Shown piece after piece: positions 20,722-30,036 of a DNA stretch of 64,000 bases. How positions within the stretch are numbered: position 1 is the first letter of the stretch; every line of letters begins with the position of its first letter. This DNA comes from Clostridia bacterium (GTDB lineage Bacteria > Bacillota > Clostridia > CAKSNL01 > HGM11501), in NCBI GenBank assembly GCA_045545475.1, contig JAZQAZ010000047.1:1-64000 (forward strand). The letters are read 5' to 3'. The translations under genes were made by a program, and so were the position numbers. A model generated the notes under the pieces. It was not told where the DNA came from. It ran no database searches and was given only the letters and a program-made list of their open reading frames with translations.

Positions 20722-21060
20722 TTGAATTATGAATTATTAGGAAAACACATAAGAGAACAGCGGAAAATAAAAAAATACACATTGGAACAACTGGCGGAAA
20801 AGCTAGATGTTTCGGTTACCTTTATTGGGCAGATTGAGAGAGCAAAGGGTATTCCTTCACTTGAAACTTTAGTAAAAATTGCGAATGCTCTTGAAACTTC
20901 GATAGATGGTCTGATGTTTGGAGATTTAAATGCGAAATCGGGAAACGACTATTTTATGGAGAAAATTGCAGAATTGACAGAAGATTTCACATCCAAAGAA
21001 AAAGAATTGTTACTTAAACAAATTGAGATAACGAACGGATTCAGAAACAATGCTAAATAG
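20722..21060 (+). CDS. XRE-family HTH transcriptional regulator
   Basis: LGKHIREQR..YTLEQLAEKLDVS..FIGQIERA...PSLETLVKIANAL. Confidence 0.9.
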   Translation: MNYELLGKHIREQRKIKKYTLEQLAEKLDVSVTFIGQIERAKGIPSLETLVKIANALETSIDGLMFGDLNAKSGNDYFMEKIAELTEDFTSKEKELLLKQIEITNGFRNNAK

Positions 21061-21136
21061 GGCATTGTTTTTTTCTTAAATAAACTATTGTAATGTGAAT
21101 AAAAATCTGCTAAAATAAATCTATTGGAGGAATTTT

Positions 21137-21790
21137 ATGTTTAAGTATGTTCTTTTTGACCTTGACGGAACCTTGACCGATTCTGCGAGGGGGATTAAAA
21201 ACTGCATAATATATTCCTGTGAGAAAATGGGACTTATCGTGCCTGATGATAAAGTGCTTGATACCTTTTTGGGTCCACCGTTATCTGAAAAATATGCCGA
21301 GGTTTTTTCCTTAAGTAAGGAGGAGGCAGAGCGTGCGGTTGACATTTACCGCGAAAGGTTTGCACCCATCGGCCTTTTTGAAAACGATGTATACGACGGC
21401 GTTTTTGAAATGCTTAAAAGTCTTAAAGATGCGGGATGCATCCTTGGTGTTGCCACAAGCAAGCCCGAAATTTATGCAAATAAAATACTTGATCACTTTG
21501 ATCTGACAAAGTATTTTGACGTATTGGTGGGAAGCGACTTAAAGGGCGGAAAGCATGACAAAACCGACGTTTTGAAAGAAGCACTTTTAAAGATGAATCC
21601 AAAAGAAAAAGCCGTTATGGTTGGAGACCGTTGCTTTGATATAGAAAGCGCACACATTCTTGGGACATATTCTCTTGCCGTTACCTACGGCTACGGAACA
21701 ATAAAGGAAATCGAAGAAAGCAAGCCCGATTTTATGGCGGAAAGTCCGTCTGAAGTTGCGGACATAATTCTTGGAAAGAGGGATTTTTAA
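21137..21790 (+). CDS. HAD-family phosphatase
   Basis: FDLDGTLTDS, VATSKP, MVGDR..D. Confidence 0.9.
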   Translation: MFKYVLFDLDGTLTDSARGIKNCIIYSCEKMGLIVPDDKVLDTFLGPPLSEKYAEVFSLSKEEAERAVDIYRERFAPIGLFENDVYDGVFEMLKSLKDAGCILGVATSKPEIYANKILDHFDLTKYFDVLVGSDLKGGKHDKTDVLKEALLKMNPKEKAVMVGDRCFDIESAHILGTYSLAVTYGYGTIKEIEESKPDFMAESPSEVADIILGKRDF

Positions 21791-22257
21791 TGGAAGGCTT
21801 TAACATACAGCGTGTTGAAAAAATAACCGGCTGCTGCGTGGTTAATTTAACGGGGATAGAAAACAAAGTCGGAACGGCTTACAAAATTTTTTCTGCTCTT
21901 GCAAAGGAAGAAATAAATGTCATAATAATACTTCAGAGCGTTAATGCCATAAGCACCAAGGCAAACGTTGGCTTTGTCATAGATGAATACGATGCAGAAA
22001 AAACTGAAGAAATTCTTAAGGCTTCGGACATAGGTGGAAGGCTTGAAATAAAAAGAGACATTTCACTTCTTTCCGTTGCAGGTGTGGGACTTTACCATAA
22101 CCCCGACATTTCAGCTAAAATTTTCGAGGTTTTATACGACAGAGGAATTGACATTCATCTGATTTCCCGCGGAGAAATGAAAATCCTTGCGGCGATAGAT
22201 TCAGACAGAATCGATGAAGCATATAAGGCTGTTTCAAAGGGACTTGAAAGCCTGTGA
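21790..22257 (+). CDS. stand-alone tandem ACT protein resembling the aspartokinase regulatory region
   Basis: GTAYKIFSALAKEEINV, LSVAGVGL..NPDISAKIFEVL...IDIHLIS.GEMKI. Confidence 0.75.
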   Translation: MEGFNIQRVEKITGCCVVNLTGIENKVGTAYKIFSALAKEEINVIIILQSVNAISTKANVGFVIDEYDAEKTEEILKASDIGGRLEIKRDISLLSVAGVGLYHNPDISAKIFEVLYDRGIDIHLISRGEMKILAAIDSDRIDEAYKAVSKGLESL

Positions 22258-22263
22258 TTTGTT

Positions 22264-22770
22264 ATGGAGGCTTTATCAAATCGTAAACCGACAAGGCTAA
22301 AAGGGTATGATTACAGTATGCCGGGAGCATATTTTGTTACGGTATGCACGAAAAACAAGAAATGTATATTGGGTAAAATCGTAGGGGACGGCGATTTCGA
22401 CGTCCCGAAAATGAATTTAACAAAATGCGGCACTGTTATAGAGAAACACTTGAATTTAATGAATGAAAAATATAATCATATAAAAATTAACAGTTATGTA
22501 ATTATGCCTAATCATATTCATTTAATCTTAAATATTTCAGATTTTGTTGGCGGTGCGTCGGAAACCGCCGCACCCTACAATAATGAAATCTCAAAATTTA
22601 TATCTCTGTTAAAGCGGTATTCTAACAGAGAATGTAGCGAAAATCTTTTTCAGCGGTCATTTCACGACCATATAATACGCAATGAAAACGATTATCTTAA
22701 AATATCGGAATATATAGAAACCAATGTTTTGAAATGGAAACAGGATTGCTTTTACGACGGCACTCATTAA
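22264..22770 (+). mobile_element. REP-associated tyrosine transposase (RAYT/TnpA-REP, HUH Y1 nuclease)
   Basis: RKPTRLKGYDYS..GAYFVTVCT, YVIMPNHIH (HUH), FQRSFHDHIIR, catalytic EYIETN. Confidence 0.9.
22381..22578. repeat. inverted pair of GTAG-type REPs inside the RAYT gene
   Basis: GTAG-GGGACGGCG-ATTT-CGACGTCCC-G (22381-22407) and, on minus strand, GTAG-GGTGCGGCGG-TTT-CCGACGCACC-G (22551-22578). Confidence 0.85.
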
Positions 22771-22840
22771 GAGTGCTGTCGTTTTTTATGCACTACGGAA
22801 ATAAAACTGAGCAAGGCGTATTTACTAAATGAATTGGAAT

Positions 22841-23236
22841 TTATTTAATCCACCATTCGGGAGTAATTTCACCGAGCTTTATGGTTTTACCGGCAGAGTA
22901 ATCAAGCATAATTTCTACATCATAATAATTTCCTGCCATAAGTTGAACCATAAGTTCCCGACAAGCACCGCAGGGAGCGCCGTTAGAACCGTCGGGCAAA
23001 ATACAAAGAACTTTGTCAATTTCATGTTCTCCGTTGGTAATCATATTAAAAATGGCATTTCTTTCTGCACAAATGCCCAATGTTGAACAAGTATCTATGC
23101 AAACACCTGTATATATCTTTCCTGATTTTGAACATACTGCAGCGGATACTTCTCCGCAGGTGACATATTCCGAAATTCTCCGCTCATTTAATACGGCTTT
23201 TGCGGCGTCATACATTTCACTCCAAATTTTTTCCAT
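22841..23236 (-). CDS. cytidine deaminase family protein
   Basis: ICAERNA and PCGACRE zinc motifs; ATG 23236 with AGGAG RBS. Confidence 0.88.
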   Translation of the reverse strand: MEKIWSEMYDAAKAVLNERRISEYVTCGEVSAAVCSKSGKIYTGVCIDTCSTLGICAERNAIFNMITNGEHEIDKVLCILPDGSNGAPCGACRELMVQLMAGNYYDVEIMLDYSAGKTIKLGEITPEWWIK

Positions 23237-23326
23237 AAGTAATCTCCTATCGTTAAATTCTTTCCATATTATAGCATACTTTTTATTAGTTGTCATCTTT
23301 TTTATATAGGAGACAGAGACTTTTTA

Positions 23327-23372
23327 TTGACAAAGAAATGTGATTATGCTATAATTAATGCAACCGATTGCA
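23327..23372 (+). promoter_or_regulatory. sigma-A promoter with overlapping LacI-type operator
   Basis: TTGACA-17-TATAAT then palindrome TGCAACCGATTGCA (23359-23372). Confidence 0.8.
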
Positions 23373-23399
23373 CGAAGCTTTGGGAAAGGAGAAAAAGGT

Positions 23400-24428
23400 A
23401 TGGCTGAAGTTACAATTTACACCATTGCAAAAGAGCTTAATATGACGCCTTCCATGGTAAGCCGTGCTTTTAATCCGGCAGGGAAGATAAACGAGGAAAA
23501 GCGAAAGCTGGTTTTAGAAACTGCAAAGAAATATAACTTTTCGCCCAACCGCTTTGCATCCCGCTTATCAATGAAGCCCATAAAAATCGGCATATTCATA
23601 CGAAGCCGATACAAGGTTAACTTAGACAGAATGATTATCGGCATAGAAAACGCCTATGAAAAGCTTAAGGACTATAAAATAAGCTATGAGGTTGTGGTGA
23701 GAAATCCCCTTACAGACCCGAGTCTTGACTATGAAGAAGAGTTATTGAAATTCAAGGACTGTGACGGCGTTTTAGTTGCGGGCTTAAGCTTTGATAAATA
23801 CACAAATGCACTGGCTAAGCTTCATGAAGTGAATAAAAATCTGGTGCAGGTTCAGTCGGTAAACGAAAACGTAGGATATCTATTTGCATCCAAACATTCG
23901 GAAGAGGTATCATCGTGTCTGGCGGCAGAATTCTTATATAATTCTCTTCGCAAAAGCAAGCGTAAAAACGTGCTTCTTTTTACCGGCGATACAAAAAACA
24001 CACAGCACGTAATTGCCGAGAAGTTTTTTAAGGAAGCGGCATCATCATACGGCATAAATGTGGTTGAAAGCATATCAATGATGGATAACGAAGAATATTT
24101 CGGTAAAATCCTTCCTGCCGTAATGGGAAAGCACAAAGGCACACTTGACGGAATTTATATAACAAGCGGTTTTTCAAAGCCTTTATGTAGCTATCTTTCA
24201 GAAAATCCTTCGGACATTTCCCTTGTAACCTTTGATATACACGAGGATATAAAGGAATATCTTTCAAGGGGGATAGTTTCTGCGGCGATCAATCAGAATG
24301 TGGCACTTCAGATGCAAAACGCCTTTGAAAGCCTGGCACATTACATAATTTCGGAAGAGGAAATTCCGAAAATACTCTACACCGATATTGACCTGGTATT
24401 AAAAAGTAATATGCATCAATTTGAATAG
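23400..24428 (+). CDS. LacI family transcriptional regulator
   Basis: VTIYTIAKELNMTPSMVSRAFN HTH, FSPNRFASRL hinge, sugar-binding C-terminal domain. Confidence 0.9.
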   Translation: MAEVTIYTIAKELNMTPSMVSRAFNPAGKINEEKRKLVLETAKKYNFSPNRFASRLSMKPIKIGIFIRSRYKVNLDRMIIGIENAYEKLKDYKISYEVVVRNPLTDPSLDYEEELLKFKDCDGVLVAGLSFDKYTNALAKLHEVNKNLVQVQSVNENVGYLFASKHSEEVSSCLAAEFLYNSLRKSKRKNVLLFTGDTKNTQHVIAEKFFKEAASSYGINVVESISMMDNEEYFGKILPAVMGKHKGTLDGIYITSGFSKPLCSYLSENPSDISLVTFDIHEDIKEYLSRGIVSAAINQNVALQMQNAFESLAHYIISEEEIPKILYTDIDLVLKSNMHQFE

Positions 24429-24435
24429 AAAAGGG

Positions 24436-24471
24436 TGTCATTCTGAGCAAGCGAAGCGAGCGAAGAATCTC
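24436..24471 (+). repeat. GTCATTCTGAG...GAAGAATCTC REP-like palindrome
   Basis: TGTCATTCTGAGCAAGCGAAGCGAGCGAAGAATCTC, intergenic, followed by hairpin CTGTCCGT/ACGGACAG. Confidence 0.75.
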
Positions 24472-24523
24472 TGTCCGTCTACGGACAGCAACTATTCAGC
24501 CTAACAATATTTTTACCCATAAA

Positions 24524-24537
24524 TGCAACCGATTGCA
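24524..24537. promoter_or_regulatory. second LacI-type operator
   Basis: TGCAACCGATTGCA identical to 23359-23372, upstream of the aldolase operon. Confidence 0.8.
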
Positions 24538-24572
24538 TTAAATATAGAATGTAATTAAAAGGAGATATAAAA

Positions 24573-25337
24573 ATGAACAAGTATGAAAGACTTTCAGAGA
24601 AACTTAAAAACAGAGAAAAGGTAATAGGCACGACAATGGCAATGTTTCGCTGCCCTTTTATTTTAGAAAAGATGAACAGAGACGACCTTGATTTCATCCT
24701 TTTTGACGGAGAACACGGCGTTTTTGACGTTCAGAGCTCCATTGAAATGTTTCAGGTCTGCCGTCTTATGGGGCTTCCCGTATTCCTTCGTGCCCAGGAT
24801 GCGGAATATCACTTGATTGCAAAGGCAATCGATATGGGAGCGGACGGAATTATGCTTCCCAGAACCGAGAGCTTAGAGCAGCTTCGCACCGCAGTTGACG
24901 CTCTTTTATTCGCTCCCGACGGAAGAAAGGGTATGGGCGGTCACGGACAGATGCGCCCCGGAGAAAAGTATGACGATTTCAGGAAAACCCGTTTCTTAAT
25001 GCCTCAGATTGAATCCCCCAAGGGAATTGAGCTTCTTCCCAAAATGCTGGAAGAGTATGGCGAATACATAAGTGCAGTAATGATAGGCCCTTATGACCTT
25101 TCCGTAATGGTGGGAACGCCCTGCGATATAAAAAGCGATATTATGATTGAGTCCATTCAGAAAATATTTGACATCAGTAATTCCTACTCTAAGTCCTGCG
25201 GAATCTTCTGCGATGATGAAGTGCTTGCACAGAAATACCGTGATATGGGCTGTAATGTACTTTGGACAGCGACAGACAAGGACTTTTTCCTTCGTGGCTA
25301 TAACGAGGAAATGGCAGTGCTCACCAAAATAAAATAA
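24573..25337 (+). CDS. HpcH/HpaI aldolase family protein
   Basis: LFDGEHG, DMGADGIMLP, PQIES, IGPYDLS. Confidence 0.88.
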   Translation: MNKYERLSEKLKNREKVIGTTMAMFRCPFILEKMNRDDLDFILFDGEHGVFDVQSSIEMFQVCRLMGLPVFLRAQDAEYHLIAKAIDMGADGIMLPRTESLEQLRTAVDALLFAPDGRKGMGGHGQMRPGEKYDDFRKTRFLMPQIESPKGIELLPKMLEEYGEYISAVMIGPYDLSVMVGTPCDIKSDIMIESIQKIFDISNSYSKSCGIFCDDEVLAQKYRDMGCNVLWTATDKDFFLRGYNEEMAVLTKIK

Positions 25338-25354
25338 CACTTTCGGAGGGAAAT

Positions 25355-26356
25355 ATGAAATATTCTAAAATAAAAGGGCTTTCAAAGGAAATATCAAGGC
25401 TTGTCTTCGGAACGGCAACTCCCGCACTTTTTGCGGCGGTGGCTGACGGTGCAGGCAAAAAGGAAACTGATGAAGCCTTCAGCCTTCTTGATGATATGTA
25501 TGCTCTTGGCATAAACGCATTTGACTGTGCGGCACACTACGGCGAAGTGATACTGGGCCGCTGGATGGAAGAACGTGGCATAAGGGAACACTGTGTTGTT
25601 CTTACAAAGGGTGCACACCCCAATAAATACAGACAGCGTGTAAACGATTTTGATATTCTGTCCGATGCCAACGACTCCCTTTGCAAGCTTAAAACAGATT
25701 GCATTGATATTTATATGCTTCACAGGGATAATAAAGCCACGCCCGTAAGCGAAATTATAAATGCCTTAAACCGCCTTTATGACGAAGGCAAAATCAAAAC
25801 CTTCGGTGGCTCCAACTGGACTCACGAAAGAATCGAAGAAGCCAACGAATATGCATATAAGCACAATCTTTTAGGCTTTACATCCTCAAGCCCCAACTTC
25901 GGGTTAGCAGAGCAGATAGCCGATCCCTGGAGATGCGATGCGGCATTCGGTGACGGATGCATAACCATATCGGGACCCGAAAATAAGGAGGCAAGGCGCT
26001 GGCACAAGGAAAAGAATATGCCTGTATTTGCATATTCAAGCCTTGCGAGAGGATTTTTCTCGGGTGCATTTAAAAGCGAAAACCCCGAAGATGCGAAAAA
26101 GGTTATGGATGAGCCGGGAATAATCGGCTATTTCTCCGATAACAATTTGGAGCGCTTAAGACGCTGTGAGATACTTGCTGAGAAGAAGGGCTTAAAGGTT
26201 CCGCAGATTGCAATGGCGTGGATTTACAATCAGGATTTTCCAGTGTTTGCACTTTCAAGCCCGCAGAATAAGGCCCAGGCAGAGGAAAATATAAAGGCAA
26301 TGGAAGTAACACTAACAAAAGAAGAGGTTTTATGGCTTAATCTTGAGGAGGAGTAA
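25355..26356 (+). CDS. aldo/keto reductase
   Basis: FDCAAHYG, LTKG, IDIYMLHRD, GGSNW, YSSLARG. Confidence 0.9.
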   Translation: MKYSKIKGLSKEISRLVFGTATPALFAAVADGAGKKETDEAFSLLDDMYALGINAFDCAAHYGEVILGRWMEERGIREHCVVLTKGAHPNKYRQRVNDFDILSDANDSLCKLKTDCIDIYMLHRDNKATPVSEIINALNRLYDEGKIKTFGGSNWTHERIEEANEYAYKHNLLGFTSSSPNFGLAEQIADPWRCDAAFGDGCITISGPENKEARRWHKEKNMPVFAYSSLARGFFSGAFKSENPEDAKKVMDEPGIIGYFSDNNLERLRRCEILAEKKGLKVPQIAMAWIYNQDFPVFALSSPQNKAQAEENIKAMEVTLTKEEVLWLNLEEE

Positions 26357-26358
26357 GT

Positions 26359-28260
26359 ATGATTCCACGTTTCAGCTTAAAATACGGCGATGTTTTTTAC
26401 AGTTCGGAAAGCTTAGATGCAAAAAATACGAAAAGCGGTCTTTTATACACCTTGCCGGATGGCGTAAAGGTAACTCTTAAGGCAAAGGAATACAGCGAGT
26501 TTGACGCCGTTGAATGGGTGCTTTGTTTTGAAAACACATCCTTAGAAAACTCAGAAATACTTTCTGAAATTTCCGATTGCGACGTGCTCCTTCCGCTTGA
26601 TATACCGCCCGAAACCAAGCCTGGCTATATGCCGAAGGACGGCTCCCTTTGCGTAATCAGTATGAAGGGTATGGTTGACGGAAGCAACTACTGGAAAAAG
26701 GATGCCTTAAGTGCATCTGAGTTTGAGTTTACCCCCGAATGGCTTGAAAAAGGGCAGAGGAAAAAGAGCTTTGCGAATTTCGGTGCCCGTTCAAGCGATA
26801 CCTTTATGCCCTTTTTTGACGTGACAGCAAAGGGAAAGGGTTATATATGTGCTATAGGATGGAGCGGCGGATGGTCTGCAAGCTTTGAGCGGACAGAGGG
26901 CGGATGCCTGATGAAATCGGGACTTTCCGATGCGGAGTTTTACTTAAAACCGGGAGAGAAAATAAGAACCACTTCCGTCCTTATAATGAAGTATGATGAT
27001 GCGGATGAAAAGCACAATAAGTTCCGCACCCTCATAAGAGAGCATTTTTCGCATAAAAACGAAGGAAGGACGGCAAGAGACGGTCTTATGGCTTTTGAGC
27101 TCTGGGGCGGACTTCCGACAGATGAGATGAAAAAGAGGATAGGAGAGCTTAAGGAGTGCGGCATCAAATTTGAGGAAATATGGATTGATGCGGGTTGGTA
27201 CGGAAACTGCACCAACTGCACAGACACCTTCAGCGGGGACTGGGGCACAAAAACAGGGGACTGGTTTGTGAATGAAAACGTCCATCCGGGAAAGCTTTCC
27301 GATGTGGCAGAATGTGCCCGTGATGCTAATATGAATCTTATGCTCTGGATTGAAGCGGAGCGTGCGGTAAAGGGAACTGAAATTTATAAAGAGCATCCCG
27401 AATGGTTTATGGATGATGGACGTGGCGGAATGCACAAAGTTCTCAGACTCGGAAACGAGGAAGCATACAACTACATAAAGGAAACCATCTGCCACTATAT
27501 AAAAGAGCTTAAGCTTTCCTGCTACCGACAGGACTCCAATGTGCCGCTTTCCGATTACTTTAGTAACAACGACGAAGAGGGAAGGCGCGGAATCACGGAA
27601 ATCACCCATATTACAAAGCTTTATGAGCTGTGGGACTATCTGCTTTCTGAATTTTCTGGACTTATTATCGATAACTGTGCATCGGGGGGAAGAAGGATTG
27701 ACATTGAAACCTTAAAGCGGTCAATCCCATTCTTCAGAAGTGACTACCAGTGTAACTTCAACGAAAATTCAGAGGTGCTTCAGGCACACAACGCAAATAT
27801 CTCCTGCTATATTCCCTATAACGGCTGTACTTCAAAAACCAAAAACGATGACTATGCCATAAGAAGCTCCTATTCCGCAAGCTGGGGCGGGGCATATTAC
27901 AATGCAATTTTCCAGGATATGACTGAGGAGGACTTTATCTGGGCAAAAAAGATTTCGGATGAATATTTGAGAATCAGAAAATACTTTCCGAAAGACTTTT
28001 ATAACCACGGCTCCGTCAGGTTTGATGATACCTCCTGGGCAATTTTCCAGTATCACGATAAGGAGTCGGACAGCGGAATAGTGCTGGCATTCAGAAGGGA
28101 AAAATCACCCTTTGATACGGCAAATATCTCTCTTAAAGGAGTAAAGGGTGAGTATACTTTTGAAAACTTAAACGACGGAACAAAATTTAATGGAAGTGCC
28201 GAAATGAAAATTACCCTGCCGGATAAAAGAAGCAGCGTGATTTTTGAATACAGGAAATAA
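26359..28260 (+). CDS. alpha-galactosidase-like glycoside hydrolase (GH36)
   Basis: WIDAGWY, LWIEAER, YRQDSN, IDNCASGGRRIDIE, RSD. Confidence 0.85.
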   Translation: MIPRFSLKYGDVFYSSESLDAKNTKSGLLYTLPDGVKVTLKAKEYSEFDAVEWVLCFENTSLENSEILSEISDCDVLLPLDIPPETKPGYMPKDGSLCVISMKGMVDGSNYWKKDALSASEFEFTPEWLEKGQRKKSFANFGARSSDTFMPFFDVTAKGKGYICAIGWSGGWSASFERTEGGCLMKSGLSDAEFYLKPGEKIRTTSVLIMKYDDADEKHNKFRTLIREHFSHKNEGRTARDGLMAFELWGGLPTDEMKKRIGELKECGIKFEEIWIDAGWYGNCTNCTDTFSGDWGTKTGDWFVNENVHPGKLSDVAECARDANMNLMLWIEAERAVKGTEIYKEHPEWFMDDGRGGMHKVLRLGNEEAYNYIKETICHYIKELKLSCYRQDSNVPLSDYFSNNDEEGRRGITEITHITKLYELWDYLLSEFSGLIIDNCASGGRRIDIETLKRSIPFFRSDYQCNFNENSEVLQAHNANISCYIPYNGCTSKTKNDDYAIRSSYSASWGGAYYNAIFQDMTEEDFIWAKKISDEYLRIRKYFPKDFYNHGSVRFDDTSWAIFQYHDKESDSGIVLAFRREKSPFDTANISLKGVKGEYTFENLNDGTKFNGSAEMKITLPDKRSSVIFEYRK

Positions 28261-28351
28261 AAAAATGGCTGAAGCTTCAGCCATTTTTTTATTGAACAGA
28301 AAGCTGTTTTATGATAAAATAAAATCAGAAAAGAAAAAGGAGGCATTAGTT

Positions 28352-29833
28352 TTGAGAAAATACATAGGCTACATTCCCGCTATGTTGTTTGCACTGTACT
28401 ATATAACCATGAGTATGGGCGGAAGCATAGTTTCATTCACCCCAGTTCTTTTATGGCTTTTGTGCTTCTGGGCGTCGGCGTTTTTCATTCATAAAGGCTT
28501 TTTCTGGGGAGCTGCCTTTGGAATACTGCCCGCCCTTCATATGATTTTCATGGGGCTTAAGGAATCCGGGCAGGTTATGGATATAGAAATTCCCCTAGGG
28601 ATAATACTCATTCTTTTTTATCTTGGACTTGGGATTTTTCTTTGGTTTAAGCGAAATACTCTGGAAAGAGCCGGAAATAAAGAGGTTCTTATTTTAATGC
28701 TTAAAATGGCTTTATCAGCATTTTCTGTATTTTTGTGCCTTTATGCAGGAATTTTATCTTCGATAATACTTTCCTTTGAAGGCATAAATTCCAATATAGC
28801 GTTTATTTCCGCATTCGTTTTGCCTACACTGCTTTTTCCTTTAATATGGCTTAAGAAAAGGAAAAAGTTTATAATTGTATGGCTCATTTTTGCCCTTGTT
28901 TACGCTATCATCCTGGGTATAAACTACGGGATGATAAAGTATGACGAAAAAATTACGATAAATACTTCGCCCAATATCAATGTACACGAGTATCTGCCCT
29001 TTAAGGAAGATTCAAAAATCGTAAAATACAGAAGCGAAACTTTGCAATTTACAGAAAACCTTCCGAAAATAGACGGAGCAGCGGCGCTTTTCCCCGTATA
29101 CTCGGCTTTTGTAAATGCAACATATCCTGAAACAACGGAGCTTGATTACGGCACCTTTGAATATAACAATACCCCGGTTGGCTACAGACTTTTAGCCGAG
29201 AGACAGACTGATATTTTCATCGGAGTATACCCGTCAGAGGAGCAGAAGGCCTATGCAAATGAGCAGGGCACAACCTTTAAGTACACACCCATAGGAAGCG
29301 AAGCCTTTGTCTTCTTTGTGCATAAGGATAACCCCATTGAAAGCCTGACAACGGAAGAAATTAAAGGGATTTATTCCGGTAAAATAACAAACTGGAAGGA
29401 AGTGGGCGGTAAAAACGAAGAAATTTTTGCATACCAGCGAAATGAAGGAAGCGGAAGCCAGAGCATGTTAAAGCGTTTTATGGGTGATACTCCCATAATG
29501 GAGCCACCCACAGAGCTTCGTAACGACTTTATGGCAGGAATTATCGAAGAGGTTGCCGATTACAGAAGCAAGTCGGGCTCCATCGGCTTTTCATTCAGAT
29601 ACTATGTTGAAGGAATTATTAAAAATCCCGATATCAAAATGATTGCCGTTGACGGCACCATCCCCACAACAGAAAACATCAAAAACGGAACATACCCCAT
29701 AGTTACACCCATTTATGCGGTGACCTACGAGGAGCAGACAAACGAAAATGTTGATAAGCTTCTTCTTTGGATTTTATCCGGCGAGGGGCAGAAAATAATT
29801 GAAGAAACCGGCTATGTCGGAATAGCGGAATAA
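28352..29833 (+). CDS. multi-TM membrane protein fused to a PstS-like substrate-binding domain
   Basis: TTG start after GGAGG; ~7 hydrophobic segments, then IDGAAALFP, AFVFFVHKDNP, ITNWKEVGG, QRNEGSGSQ. Confidence 0.8.
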   Translation: MRKYIGYIPAMLFALYYITMSMGGSIVSFTPVLLWLLCFWASAFFIHKGFFWGAAFGILPALHMIFMGLKESGQVMDIEIPLGIILILFYLGLGIFLWFKRNTLERAGNKEVLILMLKMALSAFSVFLCLYAGILSSIILSFEGINSNIAFISAFVLPTLLFPLIWLKKRKKFIIVWLIFALVYAIILGINYGMIKYDEKITINTSPNINVHEYLPFKEDSKIVKYRSETLQFTENLPKIDGAAALFPVYSAFVNATYPETTELDYGTFEYNNTPVGYRLLAERQTDIFIGVYPSEEQKAYANEQGTTFKYTPIGSEAFVFFVHKDNPIESLTTEEIKGIYSGKITNWKEVGGKNEEIFAYQRNEGSGSQSMLKRFMGDTPIMEPPTELRNDFMAGIIEEVADYRSKSGSIGFSFRYYVEGIIKNPDIKMIAVDGTIPTTENIKNGTYPIVTPIYAVTYEEQTNENVDKLLLWILSGEGQKIIEETGYVGIAE

Positions 29834-29872
29834 CAAAAAATCCTTGAGCATCAGCTCAAGGATTTTTTGGGT

Positions 29873-30036
29873 GTGCATATATAAATTTTTCTTTGTTGAA
29901 AAATTTATAAAATAAGCGATTCGTATATAGAAACCGGAGGGCGAAAAAATGCTTATTTGCATTTTTCATTGGCACAACCTCCGCTTCAACGTTTCGGTAG
30001 TGCATATATAAATTTTTCTTTGTTGAAAAATTTATA
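29873..30036. repeat. 37-bp palindromic direct repeat flanking a 90-bp structured spacer
   Basis: GTGCATATATAAATTTTTCTTTGTTGAAAAATTTATA at 29873-29909 and 30000-30036. Confidence 0.9.

Noticed and set aside
22264-22770. Ordinary IS200/IS605 insertion sequence
   Set aside because: RAYT-specific motifs, no tnpB, and no IS-type subterminal hairpin pair recognised; the 3' hairpin is a terminator.
26944-27609. 221-aa minus-strand ORF and similar short nested ORFs throughout the window
   Set aside because: Fully overlap well-supported genes and have no recognisable motifs.
29873-30036. Possible CRISPR array (37-bp palindromic repeat)
   Set aside because: Only two copies, a 90-bp structured spacer, no cas genes, and one copy overlaps a stop codon.
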